NCBI GenBank assembly: GCA_024346625.1
Contig: AP024666.1
Span: 1,612,001 to 1,676,000, forward strand
Length of the DNA: 64,000 bases
From: Williopsis jadinii
Lineage: Eukaryota
Reading direction: 5' to 3'
Notes under the pieces: model-generated
Databases searched by the model: none
Told to the model about the DNA's origin: nothing
The model's input: the letters and a program-made list of their open reading frames with translations, nothing else
Shown: positions 1 through 10,598 of the stretch, piece by piece
Position numbering within the stretch: the stretch's first letter is position 1
Layout: the number at the start of each line of letters is the position of its first letter
Program-made: the position numbers and the translations under genes

Positions 1-2021
1 AAGAATCTCCTTATGCTTGAGAGACAAATGTTATGTGGGTTCTCCTTGGGTAGTTCCAAATCAAAGTTCTCCTTTAAGGTGCAAACATTATCGCCATATT
101 TGAAAACAACTTGGTCGAGTTGAACGCTAACCAATTCCATATCCCTTTTCTGTAAATAATCAACGAGTTCAATAACCTTAGCCAGCTTGGTCAATTTAGA
201 CATAATATTCGTCAATATATTTGCCCTCTTGAAGTCGATGGTTTCAAAAATTTGGAAGACTCCGTTCGAATCCACTATAAAATCATCAAGTGTTATTCTC
301 TTATTCAACTTCCCCTTCAAGTTGACAACAATGTTGTTCTTGTTAGTTGGGTCAATTCTAAACATGAGCATAACAACCTTTGATGCATTGGGTATCTTCA
401 CAAATGACTCTGTCTCAACCACTATCGAGTCATGAGAAACAACATGATAATTGGTACCTGTGAGTTCTTGGGATATTAGATGAGTCATGATCTTCTTGGA
501 TACCTGGTTAATCACATCTTTGGAGCTCTTGTAGTCGAAGGAATTGATACACACTTCCGAAGGTGCATTCAAAGTCCACTGACCCAGCACTGAACGGATA
601 TTACCTATAAACGTTCTGATCTTTGTATCAATGACAAATATTAGGAACCAATTTTGAGCCCACTCCTTTCTCGTATAGAATCTAACAATTCTATGTGGTT
701 CTTGTCTTACACCATTGTATAATTTCGACAATTCCACTTGTGGAAGTTTGATCAGATCGTTAGGTATCCAACCAGTTACTGACAAGACGCTCGAGATTTC
801 AGTAAACTTCAAATCGGTACGTATGGCCTGGAGATTTTCGTTGATGTTCTTAAAGTCATCAACATTAAGCTTTTTCAACGCCATATTTAAAGCTGGCGTT
901 GGGTTTTTGAAATAGAAGATTCCGGTGAGTTCATTAATCTGTAATAACGATTTGTTCACCATCAAATCTTCAATCTGTGAGAGGATCGACGTGGAATGTT
1001 TATGGTAAATGTCCCTCAAGAACATGTCAATATGATCCACCTGTTCAAAAGTCTGAGCCAATTGGCCTTGTTTGAACCATCTATAAATGATTTCATTATT
1101 TTTGTTCAGCCCAATTTCCAATCTTGAGTATTTAAAGACAAAACTGTTCACCCAATAATGAACCGTTATTTGAAACTTTTCAGGGCTATATGTATGTTTT
1201 ACCGTTTTCAATTCGTTCAACTTTTGGTGTATGAGGTATAGCTTCATGGCCATCGTGTAATTTGTCAATATTCTCTTCAAGTTTACAAATTGGAAACTCC
1301 GTAGTGCCTCGTTACACACCCTAATGAGGTTCTTCGCCTTTTCGAATTTGCCAAAAGAGAGCTCGAAATCAATCATAAAGAATGGAGTTGATTCATCCAA
1401 AGCGGAGATTTGGAATTGGTAATCCTTTGTATAGACATATATTCTTCCATCTTTGATATCATAATCAGTAAATTCCTCTGGCAAATCATCCACCAAGGCA
1501 TACTTCATGGAGAGGACAACGTTCAAATCCCCCAAGGTCTGTAGCACCTTCTGTGGAGATATCCTGGTCTCTATAAAGTTGTGCGTCGGTAGCGTTGGTC
1601 TCCCGTTGGATAGAACCTCCATTGCAGTGATCAAATCTGGGTTGGGCAGCTTCGCACTGAGTAAACTCTGGTTCAAGCTCTTAGTGCTCCATATCAGGTT
1701 ACCAAAATGAGACGACTGTTCCCTCAACCATGCCAGGAGGTCTATAAATTTGTTGAAATCGTGTGCTGAAGCATGCGACCAGTTCGTCAGCACGTACAAC
1801 CTGGTGAACTGTGTACGTAAATAAACCAGCAAATCCAATAGCTTCTTCTTCTTGTCATCATCATTGGGCTGCATCTTCAACACGTGTGAAAGTTCGGCAT
1901 AGGCGAATTGAGCGAACTTGTCCAATATCGACGATAGGGGAACAATGTTCGTCGTGATGTGCTGAAGCTCTGGCGGCTCCGAGTGCTTCGTCTGTACATC
2001 CATATCCTCTCTTGTTGGCAT
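1..2021 (-). CDS. RGR1: Mediator subunit Med14/Rgr1 (3' end outside window; missing from ORF track)
   Basis: Manual translation from ATG 2021: MPTREDMDVQTKHSEPPELQHITTNIVPLSSILDKFAQFAYAEL...KKKKLLDLLVYLRTQFTRLYVLTNW...AKLPNPDLITAMEVL, open to the window edge; matches the Med14 N-terminal domain. Confidence 0.9.
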   Translation of the reverse strand, partial: MPTREDMDVQTKHSEPPELQHITTNIVPLSSILDKFAQFAYAELSHVLKMQPNDDDKKKKLLDLLVYLRTQFTRLYVLTNWSHASAHDFNKFIDLLAWLREQSSHFGNLIWSTKSLNQSLLSAKLPNPDLITAMEVLSNGRPTLPTHNFIETRISPQKVLQTLGDLNVVLSMKYALVDDLPEEFTDYDIKDGRIYVYTKDYQFQISALDESTPFFMIDFELSFGKFEKAKNLIRVCNEALRSFQFVNLKRILTNYTMAMKLYLIHQKLNELKTVKHTYSPEKFQITVHYWVNSFVFKYSRLEIGLNKNNEIIYRWFKQGQLAQTFEQVDHIDMFLRDIYHKHSTSILSQIEDLMVNKSLLQINELTGIFYFKNPTPALNMALKKLNVDDFKNINENLQAIRTDLKFTEISSVLSVTGWIPNDLIKLPQVELSKLYNGVRQEPHRIVRFYTRKEWAQNWFLIFVIDTKIRTFIGNIRSVLGQWTLNAPSEVCINSFDYKSSKDVINQVSKKIMTHLISQELTGTNYHVVSHDSIVVETESFVKIPNASKVVMLMFRIDPTNKNNIVVNLKGKLNKRITLDDFIVDSNGVFQIFETIDFKRANILTNIMSKLTKLAKVIELVDYLQKRDMELVSVQLDQVVFKYGDNVCTLKENFDLELPKENPHNICLSSIRRF

Positions 2022-2752
2022 TGAACAACCCAGTTAGAAGACCCACTAAAACAACGACAACAATAACAACAACGACAAGAACAGCGAGAGGAAGACGACC
2101 AATGATCTTCAAACAGGCTTCCTTCTTACTGTGATTGAAAGAAAGCGAAAGAAGAGCAAACGGGGGGGTTCTTCTACTGAAAGCAGAAATCAATCAGCAG
2201 AGACTGTTTGCCAATTACGAGAACTAAACAAACCACAAAAGCGAAAAGAAGAAGAAAGAAAAAACCATAAACATATCAATGATTCGCGAAACCTTCCTAT
2301 TCAGGTTGACTGCCTAATTGGGTAATTATATGAGTGTTTAATTTTTTCCAGATACTGATAAACCAACTGCCCGGAAATGGGGAAACTCTTATGGGGGGAA
2401 GGCTGGAGTCATTGTTATTAGAAATACTCAATTGAGAGATCACACCTATTGAGGAAGGCATCTTTAGAAAGAAGATACAAGCTGTGTGAGGTGGGTGTGT
2501 GTTTTTGTTCCCCCAGGGCTGGCTCTTCGTGCACAATCTTTGTATTAGTTTGAGCTATTCATTACGCTCGGTATACGGGGATATTGAAAGAGTGGGACAT
2601 AAAAGGGAAAAAAACGGACAATTAGAAGGGTAAACAGTTGTGTGTGTTGATTCCAGGCTCCATCTTGCCGGTTTCGCTGCTGGAGAGTCGTGTGTAAAGA
2701 TTAACGTATTGAGGAGATCAATTGACAATTTCCAACGACAAGAAGGGCCAGT

Positions 2753-4303
2753 ATGAGTAACTGTGTGGACGGGTCATCCGGTTCAGAGACCCACGCGAAG
2801 ATCGATCATAATAGACAGTTAGAAATCACTGAAAAGACACAGCTTGACCCAGGTAGGCTTGACCAAGACGATACATTGGGAAAGCTCCAACAGCTTTCAA
2901 TAGACACCACTGTCGGGGCCAGTGGTGCTGGCTCACCACTGTATGAAGGTGTATCGATGTTGCCAACACCAGTTCTGTCTAATAGACCACAGAGCTGCTC
3001 AACGTCTCCTCTGGCACCGTCACCAACATTGCATCAGATGGCGGTGTCGAAGAAGAAACCCTATGGTTCTCTCACAGTGAGACCCGGAGTGGCTTCTGAA
3101 ACGGCACAGACGAGAGTCCTGTCAGAGTTCATTCCTGAAAATAGCAACGTTGATAGATTCTCAAGCGTACCAAGGTCATCGCTGGACCCGAGGTATAATG
3201 CGGGCTATGACTCCTCACAAAAGAGAAACGTATCCACGCCTCTGCTCAATGACGATGGACATGTCAGTGCTATTCCTGAGTTATCAAGAGAGGTAACAAG
3301 AAGATCCAGCATTAGCTCAAGTGGCAGTGCCGGTGTACCTGGAGTGTATACATGTTTTGACAGCCAAGGGTTTCAGCATTCGTGGGAACAGGTTGGTATG
3401 TTAGGAAAGGGTACGTTCAGTACCGTTTTCCTGGGCAAAGCATGTTTTGACGACGAAGACCCAGCTTTGATGACTGTTGCCATAAAGGTAATCAAATCAC
3501 CTCATAATAGAGATTCAAAGAAGAGATTGGAAAGTGCATTGAAAAGGGAACTGGAGATATTGGCAGTGTTAAGGCACCCTTGTACGCCACGCCTGTTGGC
3601 AACTGATTTCAACCCAGATAGGTTTTGTATCGTGCTACCGTACTGTGAAGGCGGTGATTTGTTCGACTTGGCTGTTACGCACAGGAAACAGCTCTCACCT
3701 CTGTTGATTCGCCGCATTTTTGCAGAAGTGGCAATTGCAGTGGCGTATCTCCACAGTAAGAACATTGTTCATAGAGATATCAAACTAGAGAACGTGCTTG
3801 TGAATTTCCACCTGGACAAGTTACTGGCCATTGACGTGATGAGCTTTTCCCGCCCAATAGTCACACTAACTGATTTTGGATTATCGAGAACGATAGACCC
3901 AGAAGACCCCATGCTCGTTACACGGTGTGGCTCTGAGGACTACGTTCCTCCAGAGCTCCTCATTGGACTGCCCTATGATGGAAGACAAACAGACTCTTGG
4001 GCTCTGGGCGTGCTGTTGTACGCGGTGATGGAGTCCCGCCTACCCTTTGACCCGTTACCAACTGTGAAGTCCATCAGGGCCAAATCCCGTGTTGCGCATA
4101 GAATAGCGAGAATCGAATGGGCGTGGTACCACTACGCGGATGATAGTGTTGACAAGTGGTCTCATAACGACTGGGATCGTGCTAAGGCTCTTGTGGGCAA
4201 CTTGCTGGTTAGAAGAGAGCATAGATTCACTGCGCTTCAGGTCATCGATGATCCGTGGGTAAGCAACGTCTTACCAAACAACTTTGCATTGTATAATTAC
4301 TGA
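2753..4303 (+). CDS. PRR1: Ser/Thr protein kinase, Prr1-like
   Basis: LGKGTFSTV, VAIK, HRDIKLEN, DFG and TRCGSEDYVPPE motifs; Ser-rich N-terminus. Confidence 0.8.
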   Translation: MSNCVDGSSGSETHAKIDHNRQLEITEKTQLDPGRLDQDDTLGKLQQLSIDTTVGASGAGSPLYEGVSMLPTPVLSNRPQSCSTSPLAPSPTLHQMAVSKKKPYGSLTVRPGVASETAQTRVLSEFIPENSNVDRFSSVPRSSLDPRYNAGYDSSQKRNVSTPLLNDDGHVSAIPELSREVTRRSSISSSGSAGVPGVYTCFDSQGFQHSWEQVGMLGKGTFSTVFLGKACFDDEDPALMTVAIKVIKSPHNRDSKKRLESALKRELEILAVLRHPCTPRLLATDFNPDRFCIVLPYCEGGDLFDLAVTHRKQLSPLLIRRIFAEVAIAVAYLHSKNIVHRDIKLENVLVNFHLDKLLAIDVMSFSRPIVTLTDFGLSRTIDPEDPMLVTRCGSEDYVPPELLIGLPYDGRQTDSWALGVLLYAVMESRLPFDPLPTVKSIRAKSRVAHRIARIEWAWYHYADDSVDKWSHNDWDRAKALVGNLLVRREHRFTALQVIDDPWVSNVLPNNFALYNY

Positions 4304-4586
4304 AACAGAATAAATATTGATATCTAATAGATACAGTGAAAGCCTACAAATGACTATAGCTTCTGGTAGTAAATTACATACAAACCCCATGTTGATGTTA
4401 TGCTTTGTTTACGAGCGCGCGACGTTTGTGTGTTTGTGTAATTTTTGTGTCAAACGGGTGTAGGATGCCCTCCAAGACGCCTTATAACACCGCACCGCCG
4501 TTCTTTGAAGAGCACAGGCAATTATAGCACTTGGGCAATCAAAGAAAGCATCAACAGATCTCTGAAGTAGTCAGTCTAACAGTGTG

Positions 4587-6863
4587 ATGAGTGTATTGGA
4601 GTTCACGCTGCTTAACGTGTTGTGGGAACATGTGTCCATGTTGTGGTTGGTGATGTTGGAAGAGATCAACAGACTTCAAACGGCTGTTTCCAGTAAGGAC
4701 TTATACCTTTTTTGCTCGCTTGTTTACGAAGGATGTGTGGACTAGCATGAGCATTTGGATGGAGCTGCTAAGTACATTGAGCCGCCAGTGGCGGATGTTG
4801 AGATTGACATTCCACCGTTCACTGAGTACGAGTTGTTGTTTGATGATTCGTCAATATCAGACTTGTACGATGATGTGGATCCAATAAAACTTCTGGATTC
4901 ACTCGTTGAAGATGGCACAATCGAGAAAGAAGACATACCTGATGAGATCGATGGCCTGGATTTGGATCTACTGACAGAGGTTTTACTCAGCCGCTTTGCT
5001 AAGCTCAAAGGATACTCAAAGACCCCTCATACGCTGATTAGTTATCTACCAGCTTCTGTCCTGTCTTATTACGTGTGGACAGTGGTTATCATTGTCAGTG
5101 TTTCTATAGCTGGAATCGTCTACTTGAGGAGCAAATATGAGATTTGCTTGGATGACGAGTTTTGGGGTGATTTTACCATCGACGATATACCTGATGATAT
5201 GGTGGATGACGGTGGCAGTGTCTCGTCAGACGTTTCAATTCCTACAGATGTTGACGATTCCGAGTCTCAAGATAAGGGTGCAATGGATGAATTGATAAAT
5301 CGGTCACAAGTTATCCAGTCATCTCCTATCATGAATTATGATGTATCTACGCCTTTGTCTGTTTCTTTAGACCTGAGTGAGATTGGTTCGCCAGTGAAGT
5401 TTAGCACGTTATCAGAAGATATTTATTCATCCCCAGATGTCACCAATGAGCCTGTGCCATTCTTATTGGATACCAATAGTGAAATTGAATTAAAGGCAGC
5501 TACAAACAACACCATGGATGGCCTTCAAGTTGACCAGGGCGCAACACCAGAAACCTTCCCAAAGGTGATTAAACCAGAGTCAAATGATCCAAAATATGCC
5601 AATGCGGTAACAGAAATAACCAATGTCAAACCCCCTTCAGAACTTGAACGAACAGGTGAATCAACCCCACATTGCATAATCACCACTGCAGAACTGGTTG
5701 AATGTATTGATGAGAGCGAACCCATGTTACTTCTGAATCAAGAGAATGAAGAATCATCAACCTTTGAAGGGTCGCCGAAAACTCCACCATCTGTCGACGT
5801 TGGTGAGTCTGGGCTTACAAGCTTTGCAAACTACCTTACCAAAGCTTCCAATAGTGGTCGTGTTGTACTAGAAGAAGTTACAAGTCCTTCAAATATTCCA
5901 CCCAGACTCTTGACTACTTCTGGGCTTTCCCCTTCCCCTTCACGTATTCCAAGAAGAAGTATAAACGAACTAAAGTCCAAATCTCCTGGTCCTACAAAGC
6001 AATGCCTACAAATTTCAGAGCCGGTTCTAAGTTGTTTCTTCGGAGATTTATCTAAGGAAGAAGAGTATTTGGACATTTTGTTTGACGATGATCCTGTGGT
6101 TAAGTTTGATGTTAATAACATCTCAAAGCTTACAAGATCTGACATTGATTCCATGCTTGTGGTGTTTGAAGGGAAGGAAACCTCGCAGAATTGGACTGAG
6201 AGGTATAACAATCTAGATGTACTCATTGGGTTAACGAGACTTCATCTCCCAGAGGGTCATTACTTGTATTTCCAAGACAAGCTTCGTTTGCAATTGGCTG
6301 ATATGATCTCAATCCTCCGTACAACTAGAACAAAATTATTAGGGAAGTCTATCATCTTTATCCGTGATTTAGCGTTCTTTGGGAGTGAATTGGCAGTTTC
6401 GAAAGATACTTACACCACTTTAGTTCGATCTCTATTGACTCTAACGAGAGAGTCACAGGCTTCCAAACGCATTCAAAAGCTATCGCAGAAATCGCTATGT
6501 ATAATGTCCCAAACGTTGACCATCACCTCCTTCATCGAAAATTTCGGCACGGTCTTCGCCAATACTTTGAGAGACAGAAAGATGAAGGGAGAAAAGTTTA
6601 CATGTCTTCTTATGATAAAGTTCTCCATTTTGATGAATAAGGACAAGTTTACAGAAGATGAAGTCAAACATTTGATCGGCAAACTAAGTGGATTCATACC
6701 GGATCTAAGCACTGATCCGTACCAAAAGACAAGAGCAGAAGTATTGGAGTTGTATCTCATTTTGAAAAGGATACATCCAACGGAAGAAGACCTCTTGCCG
6801 TACTATGAGGGACTTTCCACATTTCAGAAGTCACAAGTTCTACCACCAGGCTTAAAGACTTGA
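4587..6863 (+). CDS. Protein with a single TM segment, acidic low-complexity middle and C-terminal CLASP_N (Stu1-like HEAT/TOG) domain; in-frame TAG at 4743-4745 (possible pseudogene, nonsense allele or uncertain start)
   Basis: ATG 4587 is in frame with the 702-codon ORF but separated from it by one TAG; next in-frame ATG is 5199. TM YYVWTVVIIVSVSIAGIVYL; FEGKETSQNW...LRTTRTKL resembles CLASP_N. Confidence 0.6.
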
Positions 6864-7138
6864 CAGGTGCTCTACAGCCGTCAACATCCACCATATCACT
6901 TTGCTAAGTAAACTTGAACTACAGCTTTGTTGTCTGTAGAGATTATGCGCCGGTGTTTCCTCTCTTCAATTCTCGGAGTAATTTTACCCCAGTGAACAAT
7001 GGGACGCAATTCTCCGAAGTGTTCTTACATCCTCACCAAGAACAGTATAAAAATGAAGGAGTTTGCACTGAGTTCCGTCGCTATTCGTCCCTTGGACAGT
7101 ACCTGTTCCCCGCTGATTGCTTGTGTATCGCTTTGACT

Positions 7139-8203
7139 ATGTCAGGAAACCCTTCAGTTGTTCTTAGAAAAGTTGGTGAGATCGTTCTTGAAGAAAGACC
7201 AGAGCCGCAGATTACAGATGAGCGCTCTGTAAAGATTGCCATCAAGCGTACCGGTATATGTGGTTCTGATATCCATTACTACACACACGGTAAGATTGGA
7301 TCCTTCGTGGTGGAGTCTCCAATGGTGTTGGGACATGAGTCGTCTGGAATTGTTGTGGAGGTTGGAAGCAAAGTTACAAAGTGTAAAGTTGGTGACAGAG
7401 TTGCAATAGAACCAGGTGTTCCTAGTAGATACTCAGATGAGTACAAGAGCGGACATTACAACTTGTGTCCACACATGGCCTTTGCAGCAACACCACCTTT
7501 TGATGGTACTCTGTGCAGATATTATCTCTCTCCAGAGGATTTTGTCGTTGTGTTACCAGACAATGTCAGTTTAGACCAAGGTGCGATGGCTGAGCCTTTG
7601 AGCGTTGCTGTCCATGCCTCCAAGCTTGGAGGGGTTCACTTCAACTCGAGTGTTGCTGTTTTCGGAGCTGGTCCTGTTGGATTGCTAAGTGCTGCTTGCG
7701 CCCGTGCTATGGGCGCAACGCAAGTCCTTGTTGCTGATATCTTCGACTCAAAATTGGACATTGCCCTCAACATGGGGGCCACCCATGTGCTGAACACAAA
7801 GAACGTCAAGGATGTGAGAACCGAGGTTGAGAAGCTTCTAGGTAATTATCCAGACGTTGTAATTGAAGCCTCAGGTGCTGAAATCGCCATTATCAACGGA
7901 GTCAAGATCTTGAAAGCTGGTGGGACTTTTGTCCAAGTTGGAATGGGTAAAGACCTTGTTCAGTTCCCAATTGGGCAAGTTGCGGAGAAGGAGCTCACCG
8001 TTAAGGGGAACTTTAGATACTGCCACGGGGACTACAGGGATGCCGTTGCGCTCATGGCCTCGGGCAAGGTCAACATCGAGCCTATCATCACTCACAGGTT
8101 CGCCTTTAAGAATGCCAAAGACGCCTACGACTTCAACCTGCACAATGGTAAAGACGTGATCAAAACCATCATCGAGGGTCCGGAAGAGAGCCACAAGTTA
8201 TAA
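7139..8203 (+). CDS. XYL2: Xylitol/sorbitol dehydrogenase (Zn-dependent MDR)
   Basis: [32 protein letters not shown]; first ATG at 7139; TATAAAA upstream near 7046. Confidence 0.93.
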   Translation: MSGNPSVVLRKVGEIVLEERPEPQITDERSVKIAIKRTGICGSDIHYYTHGKIGSFVVESPMVLGHESSGIVVEVGSKVTKCKVGDRVAIEPGVPSRYSDEYKSGHYNLCPHMAFAATPPFDGTLCRYYLSPEDFVVVLPDNVSLDQGAMAEPLSVAVHASKLGGVHFNSSVAVFGAGPVGLLSAACARAMGATQVLVADIFDSKLDIALNMGATHVLNTKNVKDVRTEVEKLLGNYPDVVIEASGAEIAIINGVKILKAGGTFVQVGMGKDLVQFPIGQVAEKELTVKGNFRYCHGDYRDAVALMASGKVNIEPIITHRFAFKNAKDAYDFNLHNGKDVIKTIIEGPEESHKL

Positions 8204-8484
8204 ACGGCACACGCTCTCTCCTTCCGTCTCTCCTTCCGTCTCTCCTCCCGTCTCTCCTCCCGTCTCTCGTCCATATATAACATCTAATATCACGGAAATC
8301 GGTTTACAGTTCCTAAAGGAGTAATCATCGCGGGCGTATTCCGTCAACAGAAGAGTACTAAGAGCGAAGGAAAAAACACCTGTGAAAACAGCCCGAGAGC
8401 AACAACAAGAGCAAATTAATCTCCTGGCACAACGGTTGGTATCACAGCGGCTGCGCCTTTCCTTCCTCGTTCCATTCCGTTGAT

Positions 8485-10335
8485 ATGAGTACCATTCGAC
8501 TGTTGATAACCGCGCTGGTGCTGCTTGTTCTACCGCAAGCCGCCGTGGCGAAGACACATACATTCCACTACACCGCTGAATGGGTTGATGCTAACCCCGA
8601 TGGGCTACACGTGAAGAAGATGGTTGGCTTCAACGGCCAATGGCCACTCCCAGATATCCATATTGACAAGGGCGATCGTGTTGAGTTGTACTTGACCAAT
8701 GGGTTGGGGAATCAAAACACTTCGTTGCACTTCCACGGGTTGTTTATGCACGGTCAGAACTACATGGATGGCCCAGAGATGGTGACACAGTGCCCTATTC
8801 CACCAGGCGAGACGTATCTCTATAACTTCACCACTCACGAGCAGGTGGGCTCTTACTGGTATCACTCGCACACTGGTGCTCAGTACAGCGATGGTTTGCG
8901 TGGTGCGTTCATTATCCACGATCCCCATGTTCCATTTGAATATGATGATGAGAAGGTCATCACCATCAGCGAGACGTACCATCGTCAGTACGACGATTTG
9001 ACCCGGGAGTTCAAGAACCGTTACAACCCTACCGGTGCTGAGCCAATACCTCAAAACTTGTTGCTGAACGACACACAGAACGCCACGATCCATTTCGAGG
9101 CGGATAAGACGTACTTGTTGAGATTCATCAACGTTGGTGTCTTTGTATCTCAGTACGTGTACCTCGAAGACCATGAGATGACTATTGTGGAAGTTGACGG
9201 TGTATACGTCGAGCCCAAGACCGTGGAATACTTGTACATAGCCGTTGCCCAGAGATATTCAGTCTTGGTGAAGGCTAAGAAAACAACTGACAAGAACTAC
9301 GCTTTGATGCAAAAGTTCGACAATACAATGTTGGACTCTATTCCACAGGACCTGAAACTCGCTGCGATGTCTTCCATTGTTTATGATGCAAAGCAAGCGG
9401 CACCGAAGCCCTATTCTTTTGTTCCTTCCGGCTCATTCAACGAAATCAATCTTAGACCTTTGAACAAGACCGAACTTTTGGATGAGCCTGACTATAGGAT
9501 CACTTTGGATGTAATCATGGATAATTTGGGTGATGGTATCAACTATGCATTCTTCAACAACATCACATATGTGGCGCCAAAGGTACCAACTTTGCTCTCA
9601 GTGCTCTCTTCTGGAGAGCACGCTACAGATGCAAAGATCTACGGCTCAAATACCCACTCATATGTTCTTCAGCCACATGACATTGTTGAGATTGTCGTTA
9701 ACAACCAAGACTCTGGTCGTCATCCATTCCATCTACACGGACATACCTTCCAAGTTGTTCAAAAATCTCAAGCCTTTGAAGAAGATGAACAAGAGGCCTA
9801 CGATCCAGACAACCATGAACCTTTCCAAAAGTACCCATTGATTAGAGACACGGTGATCTTAGAGCCATTTGGTTACATAGTGTTGAGATTCCGTGCTGAT
9901 AATCCTGGTGTGTGGTTCTTCCATTGTCACCTTGATTGGCATTTGGAACAAGGTTTGGCCATTGTATTGGTAGAGGACCCGTTGGCCATTCAAGAACAAA
10001 CACCTCCAGATGACTTCTACAGAATCTGTGAGGCATGTGGTGTACCAACAAGAGGCAATGCTGCAGGCCATGTGAACGATTGGTTTGATTTACAAGGAGA
10101 ACCGGTACAACCTGCACCACTTCCAGAAGGATTCACATTAAAGGGCTACGTTGCATTTGCTATATCTACGCTTATTGGTATTTACGGTTTATGGAGTATC
10201 ATTCAATATGGCTTGGAGGATGCTGTTCAAGACGATAAGGCCGTGTTTGATAAATTGGAACGTATCTTGAAAGAAAACGATATGATTCGAGTACCACTGC
10301 TTTCTGGTAATGACGCTTCAGAAGAAGCTCAATGA
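8485..10335 (+). CDS. FET3: Multicopper ferroxidase
   Basis: Signal peptide; HFHG, WYHSH, HPFHLHGH and HCHLDWHLEQGL Cu motifs; NPTGAEP; C-terminal TM after GFTLKGYVAF. Confidence 0.93.
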   Translation: MSTIRLLITALVLLVLPQAAVAKTHTFHYTAEWVDANPDGLHVKKMVGFNGQWPLPDIHIDKGDRVELYLTNGLGNQNTSLHFHGLFMHGQNYMDGPEMVTQCPIPPGETYLYNFTTHEQVGSYWYHSHTGAQYSDGLRGAFIIHDPHVPFEYDDEKVITISETYHRQYDDLTREFKNRYNPTGAEPIPQNLLLNDTQNATIHFEADKTYLLRFINVGVFVSQYVYLEDHEMTIVEVDGVYVEPKTVEYLYIAVAQRYSVLVKAKKTTDKNYALMQKFDNTMLDSIPQDLKLAAMSSIVYDAKQAAPKPYSFVPSGSFNEINLRPLNKTELLDEPDYRITLDVIMDNLGDGINYAFFNNITYVAPKVPTLLSVLSSGEHATDAKIYGSNTHSYVLQPHDIVEIVVNNQDSGRHPFHLHGHTFQVVQKSQAFEEDEQEAYDPDNHEPFQKYPLIRDTVILEPFGYIVLRFRADNPGVWFFHCHLDWHLEQGLAIVLVEDPLAIQEQTPPDDFYRICEACGVPTRGNAAGHVNDWFDLQGEPVQPAPLPEGFTLKGYVAFAISTLIGIYGLWSIIQYGLEDAVQDDKAVFDKLERILKENDMIRVPLLSGNDASEEAQ

Positions 10336-10598
10336 TGACTAATGTAATGACTTCCACACATACGCTTGAAAAGAACAAAATACACTGATGAATCCGTATC
10401 ACACCAGCAAATGGCTATGGATTATTAATTTTAATCACACAACTATTAATAACTTACAATTGAGATCTAAGAGAACATATCATAATCAAATCATTAAACT
10501 AATATAAAACATAGAACACGGACATCACAATGCTATAAATTGTCAATAGAACATGCAGTGGGTTGGTGGTTGATGCGTACGAGTCATCAAAATGTAAT

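Noticed and set aside
6914..7138. N-terminal extensions in the ORF track for XYL2 (likewise DCG1 at 44288 and the adhesin at 50638)
   Set aside because: They run through TATA/promoter sequence; homology or the signal peptide starts at the later ATG
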